Source: a virus (Duplodnaviria > Heunggongvirae > Uroviricota > Caudoviricetes). Taken from it: 38,179 nucleotides of DNA. Both the position numbers and the translations under genes were made by a program. Location: IMG/VR virus record IMGVR_UViG_2585427736_000016. One strand, 5' to 3'. A model generated the notes under the pieces. It had not been told where the DNA came from and did not search any database. It was given only the letters and a program-made list of their open reading frames with translations. Shown here in pieces: positions 23,846 to 33,880 of the stretch; positions within the stretch are counted from its first letter, which is position 1, and each line of letters begins with the position of its first letter.

Positions 23846-24730
23846 ATGGAAAACGAACTGATCATCGACGGTCAGGTTATTGACCTGTCTGAAACACAGG
23901 AAAATGCAGAAGAAACCATCATCCAAACAGAGTCACAGCCTGAGAATGAAAGCCAGGATGACAACGGTAAAGAGGTGGCAACTGAGCCTGAAAAAACCGA
24001 AGAGACACCAGAAGATTACGCCTTGCGTATTGGTGATGAAGAAATTCAGCTTAACGCTGACGATGATGATCACATTGACGGGCAACCTGCACCGCAATGG
24101 GTGAAAGATCTTCGCAAAGGCTTCAAAGAAACACAGAAAGAAAACCGTGAGTTGCGCCGCCAGCTTGAGGAAGCATTAGCCAAGCCAGCGGAACATCAGC
24201 AACCACAACCAGACGCTATTCCACCAAAACCGACTCTTGAGTCGTGTGATTATGACGAACAGGCGTTTGAACAGGCATTGACTGATTGGCATGAGAAAAA
24301 AGGCCGTGTCGAACAGCAGCAGCAACAAAAACTACGTCAGCAACAGGAATACCAGCAGCGTTTCCAGCAAAGGGTAGAAGCGCATAAACAACGGGCAGCC
24401 AAACTTCCTGTGAAAGATTATCAGGAAATGGAAGCCATTGTTCTTAGTGAGCTACCACCAATTCAGCAGGAAATCATCATTCACTGTGCAGACGAAGGCT
24501 CTGAACTACTCGCCTATGGCTTAGGTAAGAGTCAGCAATTACGCCAGCGTGTAGCCGCTGAGACAGATCCAATTCGCGCAGCATTCCTCTTGGGGCAGAT
24601 TAGCAAACAGGTAAGCCTTGCTCCAAAACCAAAGAAAGCCATCAAGCCAGAGCCGGAAGTACGTGGTGGCGGTGCTGATGCGAAACAAGACGAATTCAAC
24701 AAATTATGCCCCGGCGCAAAAATCGAATAA
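23846..24730 (+). CDS. scaffolding protein, 294 aa
   Basis: Highly acidic N-terminus, Gln-rich helical middle, basic C-terminal coat-binding tail; between portal and coat. Confidence 0.8.
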   Translation: MENELIIDGQVIDLSETQENAEETIIQTESQPENESQDDNGKEVATEPEKTEETPEDYALRIGDEEIQLNADDDDHIDGQPAPQWVKDLRKGFKETQKENRELRRQLEEALAKPAEHQQPQPDAIPPKPTLESCDYDEQAFEQALTDWHEKKGRVEQQQQQKLRQQQEYQQRFQQRVEAHKQRAAKLPVKDYQEMEAIVLSELPPIQQEIIIHCADEGSELLAYGLGKSQQLRQRVAAETDPIRAAFLLGQISKQVSLAPKPKKAIKPEPEVRGGGADAKQDEFNKLCPGAKIE

Positions 24731-24741
24731 GGAAAAGATAA

Positions 24742-26013
24742 ATGCCTAACAATCTCGACAGTAACGTCAGTCAAATCGTTCTGAAAAAATTCCTTCCGGG
24801 TTTTATGTCAGATTTAGTTCTGGCGAAAACCGTAGACCGTCAGTTGCTGGCAGGTGAAATCAACTCCAGCACTGGCGATAGCGTTAGCTTTAAACGTCCG
24901 CATCAATTCTCATCCCTCCGTACTCCCACTGGTGATATTTCAGGGCAAAATAAAAACAACCTGATCTCAGGTAAAGCTACGGGGCGTGTAGGTAACTACA
25001 TCACTGTTGCTGTTGAATATCAGCAACTGGAGGAAGCGATCAAGCTTAACCAGCTGGAAGAAATTCTCGCGCCGATTCGCCAGCGAATCGTTACCGACCT
25101 TGAAACAGAGCTTGCTCACTTCATGATGAATAACGGTGCGTTGTCACTTGGTAGCCCCAATACTCCAATCACCAAATGGTCTGATGTTGCGCAGACGGCA
25201 TCTTTCCTGAAAGACCTCGGCGTTAATGAAGGTGAAAACTATGCTGTAATGGATCCATGGTCTGCACAGCGACTTGCTGATGCGCAGACTGGTTTGCACG
25301 CTTCAGATCAATTGGTTCGTACTGCATGGGAGAATGCACAGATCCCAACCAATTTTGGCGGCATTCGCGCACTGATGTCTAATGGGCTTGCCTCTCGTAC
25401 GCAGGGGGCATTTGGCGGAACACTGACAGTCAAAACACAGCCAAATGTTACCTATAACGCAGTTAAAGACTCATACCAGTTCACTGTAACATTGACCGGA
25501 GCGACAGCCAGCGTTACAGGTTTTCTGAAAGCTGGTGATCAGGTTAAATTCACCAATACCTACTGGCTGCAACAGCAGACCAAACAGGCGTTGTATAACG
25601 GAGCCACACCAATTAGCTTCACTGCAACGGTTACTGCTGATGCTGATTCAGACAGCAGTGGCGATGTGACGGTTACGCTTTCTGGTGTTCCGATTTATGA
25701 CACTACAAACCCGCAGTACAACTCTGTAAGTCGTCAGGTAGCGGCAGGCGATGCCGTATCTGTAGTAGGCACTGCTAGCCAGACAATGAAGCCAAACCTG
25801 TTCTATAACAAGTTCTTCTGTGGACTTGGCTCTATCCCACTGCCGAAACTGCACAGTATTGATTCTGCTGTTGCAACATATGAAGGTTTCTCCATCCGCG
25901 TACATAAATACGCAGATGGCGATGCCAACGTGCAAAAAATGCGCTTTGACTTACTGCCTGCATATGTGTGCTTTAACCCTCACATGGGCGGTCAGTTCTT
26001 CGGTAATCCGTAA
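24742..26013 (+). CDS. major capsid (coat) protein, 423 aa
   Basis: Position after scaffold, length and sequence consistent with an Sf6/P22-type coat; followed by a strong terminator. Confidence 0.9.
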   Translation: MPNNLDSNVSQIVLKKFLPGFMSDLVLAKTVDRQLLAGEINSSTGDSVSFKRPHQFSSLRTPTGDISGQNKNNLISGKATGRVGNYITVAVEYQQLEEAIKLNQLEEILAPIRQRIVTDLETELAHFMMNNGALSLGSPNTPITKWSDVAQTASFLKDLGVNEGENYAVMDPWSAQRLADAQTGLHASDQLVRTAWENAQIPTNFGGIRALMSNGLASRTQGAFGGTLTVKTQPNVTYNAVKDSYQFTVTLTGATASVTGFLKAGDQVKFTNTYWLQQQTKQALYNGATPISFTATVTADADSDSSGDVTVTLSGVPIYDTTNPQYNSVSRQVAAGDAVSVVGTASQTMKPNLFYNKFFCGLGSIPLPKLHSIDSAVATYEGFSIRVHKYADGDANVQKMRFDLLPAYVCFNPHMGGQFFGNP

Positions 26014-26017
26014 TAAC

Positions 26018-26044
26018 AAGGGGCTTCCGCCCCTTTTATGTTTT
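26018..26044 (+). terminator. rho-independent terminator after the coat gene
   Basis: AGGGGC-ttcc-GCCCCT then TTTTATGTTTT. Confidence 0.65.
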
Positions 26045-26055
26045 AAGGAAACAAT

Positions 26056-26241
26056 ATGGATCGCATGAGTGTATTCCTTGCCGCAGATAACGAATCCGGA
26101 CATGTACAGGCCGTTATCGCAGAAAAAGACTTCCAGTTTTTCGAAAAGTTGGGCTTTGTTGCCTCAGTTGATGAATTGAAACCGACCAGTAAGCGAGGTC
26201 GTAAGGCGGCAGACAATGGCAACAGTACTGACAAAGGGTGA
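26056..26241 (+). CDS. hypothetical small protein, 61 aa
   Basis: AAGGAAA SD; overlaps the next gene start by 26 nt. Confidence 0.4.
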   Translation: MDRMSVFLAADNESGHVQAVIAEKDFQFFEKLGFVASVDELKPTSKRGRKAADNGNSTDKG

Positions 26242-26698
26242 GATCGTCCTTTTTGCGCTTCGTAAGTTTGCTATTGCTTCTAATGCATCGCTGACTGATG
26301 TTGAGCCGCAATCAATTGAAGATGGTGTAAATGATCTGGAAGATATGATGTCCGAGTGGATGATTAACCCCGGCGACATTGGTTACGCTTTCGCAACTGG
26401 AGATGAGCAGCCATTACCAGATGATGAGTCAGGTCTTCCAAGAAAATACAAACACGCAGTAGGCTATCAGTTATTGCTGAGAATGCTATCTGATTACAGC
26501 CTTGAGCCAACTCCGCAAGTTCTCAGTAACGCCCAACGCTCATATGATGCCTTGATGACCGACACTCTGGTTGTTCCTTCAATGCGACGACGTGGAGATT
26601 TTCCTGTAGGACAGGGTAATAAATATGACGTGTTTACATCTGACCGATATTATCCAGGCGATCTCCCTATGATTGATGGCGATATCCCAAACGCATAG
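26216..26698 (+). CDS. head-to-tail adaptor (P22 gp4-like), 160 aa
   Basis: ...[35 protein letters not shown]... parallels P22 gp4 (...[35 protein letters not shown]...) as recalled. Confidence 0.75.
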   Translation: [160 protein letters not shown]

Positions 26699-26706
26699 GT
26701 GAATAA

Positions 26707-28125
26707 ATGCCGATTCAGCAACTTCCGCTTATGAAAGGTGTCGGCAAAGACTTTCGAAACGCCGACTATATCGACTATCTGCCAGTGAATATGCTGGCTA
26801 CACCCAAAGAAATCCTCAACAGCAGCGGATATCTTCGATCATTCCCGGGCATTGCCAAACGTTCTGATGTGAACGGTGTATCTCGAGGCGTCGAGTACAA
26901 CATGGCGCAGAATGCTGTCTATCGTGTGTGTGGGGGCAAGCTGTATAAGGGCGAAAGCGAAGTCGGTGATGTTGCCGGAAGTGGTCGCGTATCAATGGCG
27001 CATGGTAGAACATCACAGGCGGTAGGCGTTAATGGTCAACTGGTCGAATACCGCTATGATGGCACGGTTAAAACCGTCTCAAACTGGCCTACAGACAGCG
27101 GATTCACGCAGTATGAGTTAGGTTCGGTCCGTGACATTACGCGCTTACGTGGGCGTTATGCGTGGTCAAAAGACGGTACTGATTCATGGTTTATCACTGA
27201 CCTTGAAGACGAATCGCATCCTGACCGCTACAGTGCACAATATCGTGCCGAGTCTCAGCCTGACGGAATCATCGGCATAGGTACATGGCGAGACTTCATC
27301 GTCTGCTTTGGTTCATCGACGATTGAATATTTCTCCCTGACTGGCGCAACCACTGTTGGTGCCGCTTTATATGTCGCACAGCCATCGCTGATGGTGCAAA
27401 AAGGTATTGCCGGGACTTACTGCAAAACACCATTCGCTGATTCGTATGCGTTCATCAGCAATCCGGCAACAGGTGCGCCGTCTGTATACATCATCGGATC
27501 CGGTCAGGTGTCACCAATCGCCAGCGCGAGCATTGAGAAAATACTCCGCTCCTACACTGCTGATGAACTGGCTGATGGTGTGATGGAGTCTCTGCGATTT
27601 GATGCGCATGAGTTGCTGATTATCCATCTTCCGCGCCATGTTCTTGTTTACGACGCATCTTCAAGCGCTAATGGTCCGCAATGGTGTGTGCTGAAAACAG
27701 GCCTGTATAACGATGTGTACCGCGCTATCGACTTCATTTACGAAGGCAATCAGATAACGTGCGGCGATAAGCTGGAATCGGTGACCGGGAAATTGCAGTT
27801 CGATATCAGCAGCCAGTACGACAAGCAACAGGAACATCTGCTGTTTACTCCTCTGTTCAAAGCGGATAACGCCAGAGTTTTCGACCTTGAAGTTGAATCT
27901 TCAACTGGCGTTGCTCAGTACGCCGACCGCCTTTTTCTCTCTGCAACCACTGACGGCATAAATTATGGTCGTGAGCAGATGATTGAGCAGAATGAACCGT
28001 TCGTTTACGACAAACGTGTTTTGTGGAAGCGAGTCGGGCGCATCAGGAAAAATGTCGGCTTCAAATTGCGCGTTATTACGAAGTCACCAGTCACTCTGTC
28101 TGGCTGCCAGATAAGGATTGAGTAA
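26707..28125 (+). CDS. tail hub protein (P22 gp10-like), 472 aa
   Basis: Position between the gp4-like and needle genes; length equals P22 gp10. Confidence 0.75.
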   Translation: MPIQQLPLMKGVGKDFRNADYIDYLPVNMLATPKEILNSSGYLRSFPGIAKRSDVNGVSRGVEYNMAQNAVYRVCGGKLYKGESEVGDVAGSGRVSMAHGRTSQAVGVNGQLVEYRYDGTVKTVSNWPTDSGFTQYELGSVRDITRLRGRYAWSKDGTDSWFITDLEDESHPDRYSAQYRAESQPDGIIGIGTWRDFIVCFGSSTIEYFSLTGATTVGAALYVAQPSLMVQKGIAGTYCKTPFADSYAFISNPATGAPSVYIIGSGQVSPIASASIEKILRSYTADELADGVMESLRFDAHELLIIHLPRHVLVYDASSSANGPQWCVLKTGLYNDVYRAIDFIYEGNQITCGDKLESVTGKLQFDISSQYDKQQEHLLFTPLFKADNARVFDLEVESSTGVAQYADRLFLSATTDGINYGREQMIEQNEPFVYDKRVLWKRVGRIRKNVGFKLRVITKSPVTLSGCQIRIE

Positions 28126-28973
28126 TGGCGGATTCGAATCTCAATGTGCCGGTAATCATTCAGGCTACACGGCTCGACACATCAGTCCTTCCACGCAATA
28201 TCTTCTCGCAGTCGTATCTGCTTTACGTTATCGCACAGGGCACTGATGTTGGTAACGTGGCTAACAAAGCCAACGAGGCCGGACAGGGCGCTTATGATGC
28301 ACAGGTCAGGAACGATGAGCAGGATGTGATTCTCGCTGACCATGAGCAGCGAATTTCTGCTGCGGAAGCAACGCTTGTTAATCATGAGGAGCGAATCAGC
28401 CAGGCAGAATCAACTCTTCAGGAACATGAAACGCGAATCGCTCAGAATGAAAGCGATATTGCGTCTCTTGATACCAGAGTTCAGTCGCTGGAGTCGCAGG
28501 TTTCAGACCATGAATCGCGCATCGATTCTCTGGAGTATGCCACTACTCGCAAGAAGTCAGAGGTTGTTTACTCTGGCGTATCAGTAACCATCCCGATAGC
28601 GCCGACCAACCTTGTTAGCCTGCTGAAAACGCTCACGCCGTCATCCGGCACGTTGGCACCATTCTTCGACACCGTTAACAACAAGATGGTTGTGTTCAAC
28701 GAGAACAAAACCTTGCTCTTCAAGCTGTCGATTGTCGGGACATGGCCCAGCGGAACCGCCAACAGATCAATGCAGCTAACCTTTTCCGGCTCTGTTCCTG
28801 ACACGTTGGTCAGCAGTCGTAATGCGGCGACAACGACCGATAACATCCTGTTAGCTACGTTCTTCAGTGTGGATAAAGACGGCTTTCTTGCCACAAATGG
28901 CAGCACGTTAACCATTCAGTCAAATGGTGCGGCGTTTACTGCCACAACCATCAAAATCATTGCGGAGCAGTGA
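28125..28973 (+). CDS. tail needle (P22 gp26-like N-terminus, coiled coil, C-terminal knob), 282 aa
   Basis: N-terminus [43 protein letters not shown]...[22 protein letters not shown] matches P22 gp26 as recalled; central HE-x-RI repeats; about 130-aa beta-rich C-terminal knob. Confidence 0.85.
   Translation: MADSNLNVPVIIQATRLDTSVLPRNIFSQSYLLYVIAQGTDVGNVANKANEAGQGAYDAQVRNDEQDVILADHEQRISAAEATLVNHEERISQAESTLQEHETRIAQNESDIASLDTRVQSLESQVSDHESRIDSLEYATTRKKSEVVYSGVSVTIPIAPTNLVSLLKTLTPSSGTLAPFFDTVNNKMVVFNENKTLLFKLSIVGTWPSGTANRSMQLTFSGSVPDTLVSSRNAATTTDNILLATFFSVDKDGFLATNGSTLTIQSNGAAFTATTIKIIAEQ
28330..28530 (+). repeat. imperfect 42-bp tandem repeats encoding the needle coiled coil
   Basis: DNA repeats of CATGAG..CGAAT..; protein repeats [14 protein letters not shown] / [14 protein letters not shown] / [14 protein letters not shown] / HESRIDSLE. 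Confidence 0.5.
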
Positions 28974-29452
28974 TGGAAATAAAGCTCATCGATAATCCGG
29001 TGAAGCTTGCAGAATTCCTCAACAACCCGGCAAACACGGGAAATATCGTAGACAGTGGAGATAAATACTACATCAAGCCTGATGCGGTATATCTCGGCAT
29101 CTACGAAGGATTAGTGCTGGCTGGCGTTCATGAAGTGCGTAACTTCTGGCATAGCGTTGTTGAATGCCATGCGGTGTACGACCCCGGATTCCGTGGTGAA
29201 TATGCACTGCAAGGGCATCGATTATTCTGCAAATGGCTTCTCGAAAACTCACCATTCCTTAACAGCATCACTATGGTTCCTGACACCACGAAATACGGAC
29301 GGTCAATTATCCGTTTGCTTGGCGCTACCCGTGTTGGTCACCTTGATGATGCTTATACCAGCAATGGAAAGCCTGTAGGCATCACAATTTATCAGTTATC
29401 GCGCTCAAAATACGAGGAGCTAAAGAATGTTAATTTTCCAGATTGCCAATAA
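28970..29452 (+). CDS. P22 gp14-like head/ejection accessory protein, 160 aa
   Basis: Position after the needle; ATGA overlap; conserved order in P22-like phages. Confidence 0.55.
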   Translation: MMEIKLIDNPVKLAEFLNNPANTGNIVDSGDKYYIKPDAVYLGIYEGLVLAGVHEVRNFWHSVVECHAVYDPGFRGEYALQGHRLFCKWLLENSPFLNSITMVPDTTKYGRSIIRLLGATRVGHLDDAYTSNGKPVGITIYQLSRSKYEELKNVNFPDCQ

Positions 29453-30101
29453 GCACCTCAGCAAAGCTGTGTACTGCAAAGGGGGCAGTGATAGCGGAGC
29501 AAAAGAGCAGGCACGCGCAACTGAAAAGGGAATCGAATTGCAGCGTGAAATGTGGCAAACGAACATGCAAAACCTTGCACCGTTCACGCCACTCGCTCAG
29601 CAGTACGTATCACAGTTGCAGAATCTTTCCTCTCTTCAGGGGCAAGGTCAGGCGCTTAACCAGTATTACAACTCCCAGCAGTACAAAGACCTTGCAGGGC
29701 AGGCGCGCTATCAGAGTCTGGCAGCAGCAGAGGCAACGGGTGGATTAGGTTCTACAGCAACAGGAAACCAGTTAGCAGCAATCGCACCTACACTCGGTCA
29801 AAACTGGCTGTCAGGTCAGATGAACAACTACAACAATCTGGCAAATATCGGCCTTGGTGCTCTTACAGGTCAGGCAAACGCTGGGCAGAACTACGCTAAC
29901 AACGTCAGCCAGTTGTATCAACAGCAGGCAGCAGCATCTGCGGCTAATGCTAACCGACCATCAGGACTGCAATCAGCCTTGGGAGGTGCCATGAGCGGTG
30001 CGGCATCAGGGGCGATGATTGGCTCTGTGGTGCCAGGAATAGGTACAGCTGTTGGCGCTATTGGTGGCGGTATTATCGGTGGTCTTGGATCATTGTTTTA
30101 A
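29427..30101 (+). CDS. ejection (internal virion) protein, gp7-like, 224 aa
   Basis: GAGGAG SD; Gln/Gly/Ala-rich low-complexity protein with Gly-rich hydrophobic C-terminus (GAIGGGIIGGLGSLF). Confidence 0.65.
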   Translation: MLIFQIANKHLSKAVYCKGGSDSGAKEQARATEKGIELQREMWQTNMQNLAPFTPLAQQYVSQLQNLSSLQGQGQALNQYYNSQQYKDLAGQARYQSLAAAEATGGLGSTATGNQLAAIAPTLGQNWLSGQMNNYNNLANIGLGALTGQANAGQNYANNVSQLYQQQAAASAANANRPSGLQSALGGAMSGAASGAMIGSVVPGIGTAVGAIGGGIIGGLGSLF

Positions 30102-30110
30102 GGTGGGAAT

Positions 30111-31412
30111 ATGGCTACTTGGCAACAAGGAATCAACTCAGGCGGCTTTCTTGCTGGTATCGGTGGGCAAAACTCAAATGCGCCAAAGGCAAGTGATGTA
30201 AGTGAGGCGTTGGCCTATATTCGCCAGAACAACGAAATGGAGCGCTCAGGTCGCAATAACATCGGCCTTCAGGCGTTGCAGGGGCTTGGTAGTGTCGCTC
30301 AAACATATCAAGCCGCAAAGCAACAGGAAGCGGATGCTGCATTCCAAAAAGAATATGCGGCAGCCATCCAGTCAGGTGATCGGCAGCAGGTGCGAGATCT
30401 GATGACCAAATATCCTGGTCAATTAGAGAAGATTCAGTCTGGTATGAAGTGGGCAGACGAAGACCAGCGCAATTCTATCGGCACCTTAGCGGCTGGCGCA
30501 CGCCTTGCTGCCTCGTCTCCAGAAGCAATGCAATCATGGCTGCAAAACAACGCCAAGGAACTGACTCGCGTAGGTGTTGACCCTAACAGCGTTGCTCAGA
30601 TGTATCAGCAGAATCCTTCAGGATTTGGTGAGTTTGTTGATCACCTTGGGATGGCTGCTCTTGGTCCGATTGATTACTTCAATGTTCAGGACAAGATGGC
30701 TGGTCGTGAGATTGATCGCGGAAAACTTGCAGAGACAATCCGCAGCAATCAGGCTGGAGAAGCACTAACAGCGCGTGGTCAGGACATCCAGATACGTGGA
30801 CAGAACATCAGCGCACAGAATGCTGCTCTTTCCCGCGAAATACAAAGAGCAGAATTACAAGAAAAGGCTCTGGACAGACAGATAGCCAGAGAAAGCAATC
30901 AGTTAAAGCTTGAAGAGCTAAAACAGAAACAGGTAGATGTTCGGCAAAAGGCTGACATAGCCCGCGCTGACAGGCAGGCCGCCGCTCAGGGTGCAGTTGA
31001 TACGTTCAGCACAGCGCTTGATTCTCTCAACGAGATAGAGCAAAGCCCCGGCCTTTCAAAAGCAGTAGGAATTCGCTCAGCGTTTCCAACAGTTCCTGGC
31101 TCTGATGCGGCTAACTTTGAAGCAAGGCTCGACACCTTTAAAGCTCAAACTTTCCTTCCTATGGTGCAGTCCCTTAAGGGTATGGGGGCTCTTTCAGATG
31201 CTGAGGGTAAAAAATTATCCGATGCGGTTGGTGCCCTAAGCCCCAAAATGAGCGAAAAGGCTTTTCGTGACTCTATCGGAAAGATTAGAAATCAGCTTGA
31301 AAGCAAGTTGAGCACTGTTAAAAAACAGTTTGATTATCAGGAGCCAGTACAGAATACGCCAGGACAACAATCTACTGCTGGCAGTAACTTTTCTTCACTA
31401 TGGGGTGATTAA
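30111..31412 (+). CDS. ejection protein, gp20-like, 433 aa
   Basis: Position and composition (Gln/Ala-rich, coiled coil). Confidence 0.65.
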   Translation: MATWQQGINSGGFLAGIGGQNSNAPKASDVSEALAYIRQNNEMERSGRNNIGLQALQGLGSVAQTYQAAKQQEADAAFQKEYAAAIQSGDRQQVRDLMTKYPGQLEKIQSGMKWADEDQRNSIGTLAAGARLAASSPEAMQSWLQNNAKELTRVGVDPNSVAQMYQQNPSGFGEFVDHLGMAALGPIDYFNVQDKMAGREIDRGKLAETIRSNQAGEALTARGQDIQIRGQNISAQNAALSREIQRAELQEKALDRQIARESNQLKLEELKQKQVDVRQKADIARADRQAAAQGAVDTFSTALDSLNEIEQSPGLSKAVGIRSAFPTVPGSDAANFEARLDTFKAQTFLPMVQSLKGMGALSDAEGKKLSDAVGALSPKMSEKAFRDSIGKIRNQLESKLSTVKKQFDYQEPVQNTPGQQSTAGSNFSSLWGD

Positions 31413-33409
31413 TGGCTAAAGCATGGAAAGATGTTATCGCCTCTCCACAGTATCAGGCGTTAGCACCAGAACAAAAAGCGCAGGCTCAGGAGCAATACTT
31501 CAATGAAGTCGTTGCCCCGCAAGCCGGAGAAAATGCAGAGCAGGCTAAGCAAGCTTTCTATGCTGCCTATCCATTGCCATCTGTGCAGCCAGTGGAGACA
31601 CAACAACCAGTAGCACAGCAACAACCACAGCAAAGTGGATTTATGTCTGATCTTGGTGAAGCAGTAAAAGAGACTGGTCGCGGACTGGTGCAGGCTGGCG
31701 TGAACGTGGCAAACATACCTGCATCAGTTGCCGATGCTGTAACAAGCGCGGCTGCTTGGGCTGGCGGTAAACTCGGTATTGGCGATGGTACATATCAACC
31801 AGCACCACGAGTAACAACGCAGGGATTAGAGCAGGACTTTGGCCTTCAGCAAGGTGCGCTGACTCCACAAACGACAGAGGGAAGGGTATTTGCTGAAGCA
31901 TTGCCTTACCTCACTCCTGCTGGCGTTGAGAGAGCGGCGGCACAGGCACCAACACTTGCTGGTCGAATTGCTCAGGGGGCAACTCGACTTCTCGCAGAAA
32001 ACGCAGTTGGATCACTTGCTGCAAACAGTATGAAAGATGATGCGGAAGCACTCGCTACCGATTTAGGTGTTGGCGTTCTGGCAGGCGGCGCTATTAACGC
32101 TGCTGGACGTGGATTAGGTGCTGCTTATCGTGGCGTTCGCGGTGCTATTGCGCCAGAAGCGCAGCAAGCTATCAGATTTGCAGAGCGTGAAGGAGTTCCT
32201 CTGCACACCACAGACCTGTTACAACCCACTTCCCGCGTCGGAAAAATGGCGCAGACTACAGCAGAAAATATCCCTCTGGCTGGCACAAGCGGAATGAGAG
32301 CAACGCAACAGGAAGCGAGAAGCCAGTTGGTGCAGAGATTTGCCGATAAATTCGGTGAGTATGATCCAGCGGTTGTTATTGACAGCCTTAAAGCGAAAAC
32401 ATCAGGAATTCGTCGTGCCGCCGGTAATCGACTGGAGCAGGTTCAGAATGCTATGGCTGGAGTAAACATTCAGCCTGCGCGAGCAATTCAGCAGATTGAT
32501 ACAGAAATATCTAATCTGCAGAAGCTTGGTAAGGTAGCTGATAACGAGACAATTTCAAAACTTCAGTCATATCGTGATGAGCTTGTTCGCAATGCTGGCC
32601 CTGATGGTCCGGTTAATCTGGATTTGAAGCAATTAAGCGATCTGCGCAGCCAGTTCAGAATGGACGTGAAGGGGGAGCGACCAGTGTTACCAAACCGTTC
32701 CGATGCCGCCATTCAACGTGTTTACAAGGCGATGACCGACGATATCAATGGTGCCATTGGTCAGAATCTTGGCAACGATACTCTTCGTAAATATCAGCAG
32801 GCCAATGCCGTCTACGCTGACGAAGCGGCGAAACTAAAGAATACCAGGCTGAAGAATGTTCTCATGAAAGGCGACCTGACGCCGGAAGTTGTGAATAACA
32901 TGCTATTCAGCAAGAACAAATCGGAAATTAAGACGCTGTATAACTCAGTTGGTCGCGTTGGAAGAGCGCAAATGCGCAATGGCATCATTGGAAAGGCGAT
33001 GGAGAAATCTGGCGGATCCCCTGACCAGTTCCTTCGACAGCTTAACATCCTGCAAAACCAAACGGGTATCACATTTAAGGGGCAGGATGCTGCTTACCTG
33101 AGGGGATTGAAAAACTACCTGCAATCCACGCAGCAGGCTGCAAAAGCGGCAGTAACAACACCAACAGGGCAGCAAACCATCCCGTTCATTATTGGATATG
33201 GGACGGCAATGAACCCGGCGACAACTGGCGCAGCAGTAAGCTACGGCCTTCTTGCTCGCGCCTATGAGAGCGAGTCATTCAGAAATGCAATGCTCCGAAT
33301 GGCAAACACCCCACGCGGATCAACAGCCTTTGAGAAAGCAATGCATCAGGCACAAAAGGCAATTAACGCCCTGACTCAAGGTGCCAAGTCTGATGCGTTG
33401 TCAGAATAG
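31412..33409 (+). CDS. ejection protein, gp16-like, 665 aa
   Basis: Position and length; ATGA overlap with the gp20-like gene; Ala/Gly-rich. Confidence 0.65.
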   Translation: MAKAWKDVIASPQYQALAPEQKAQAQEQYFNEVVAPQAGENAEQAKQAFYAAYPLPSVQPVETQQPVAQQQPQQSGFMSDLGEAVKETGRGLVQAGVNVANIPASVADAVTSAAAWAGGKLGIGDGTYQPAPRVTTQGLEQDFGLQQGALTPQTTEGRVFAEALPYLTPAGVERAAAQAPTLAGRIAQGATRLLAENAVGSLAANSMKDDAEALATDLGVGVLAGGAINAAGRGLGAAYRGVRGAIAPEAQQAIRFAEREGVPLHTTDLLQPTSRVGKMAQTTAENIPLAGTSGMRATQQEARSQLVQRFADKFGEYDPAVVIDSLKAKTSGIRRAAGNRLEQVQNAMAGVNIQPARAIQQIDTEISNLQKLGKVADNETISKLQSYRDELVRNAGPDGPVNLDLKQLSDLRSQFRMDVKGERPVLPNRSDAAIQRVYKAMTDDINGAIGQNLGNDTLRKYQQANAVYADEAAKLKNTRLKNVLMKGDLTPEVVNNMLFSKNKSEIKTLYNSVGRVGRAQMRNGIIGKAMEKSGGSPDQFLRQLNILQNQTGITFKGQDAAYLRGLKNYLQSTQQAAKAAVTTPTGQQTIPFIIGYGTAMNPATTGAAVSYGLLARAYESESFRNAMLRMANTPRGSTAFEKAMHQAQKAINALTQGAKSDALSE

Positions 33410-33498
33410 CTTCGCAAACACCAGGAACGCGCAAAAACCAAATATGTAGAACGCAATATTCAGCATATCTCTTTGCATAAATCCTCCGTAACTGATAG

Positions 33499-33759
33499 TT
33501 AGCTGCTGTCTTTTTTATATAGCTCTTTGAGCGTATCAAAGACAATTTTCTTAACCATATCAGATTGTTGTTCTGCCATACGCTCTGCATCGTCAATGTA
33601 AACAGATGCAGAGCTTTGTTTAGCCAATGATTCTTCAATCGCTGCAATTATCTCTGAGTTCAGCGACCTGTTATTCATCTTCGCACGCTGCTTAATTTTC
33701 GCGTGGAGTTCATGCGGAAGTCTCAAGTGAAACTGCGCCTCGTCGTATTTGCTGTACAT
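33499..33759 (-). CDS. mnt: Mnt-type ribbon-helix-helix repressor, 86 aa
   Basis: ...MNNRSLNSEIIAAIEESLAK...DAERMAEQQSDMVKKIVFDTLKELYKK parallels P22 Mnt (...NGRSMNSELLQIVQDALSK...DAERLADEQSELVKKMVFDTLKDLYKK) as recalled; divergent from the tailspike. Confidence 0.75.
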   Translation of the reverse strand: MYSKYDEAQFHLRLPHELHAKIKQRAKMNNRSLNSEIIAAIEESLAKQSSASVYIDDAERMAEQQSDMVKKIVFDTLKELYKKDSS

Positions 33760-33880
33760 CCTTGATGCCTCACCAGTTGGGTGGAATGGCATCGTAACCT
33801 ACTGGATAAATACTCAATAGTACCATTTCGGTATTCAATCACATCATGGTTGCATCATATCATTCGTCTGGAGCAATGAA

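Noticed and set aside
33363-33647. 94-aa minus-strand ORF overlapping mnt in another frame
   Set aside because: The Mnt frame has clear RHH-repressor similarity; this frame does not and spans the gp16-mnt intergenic region.
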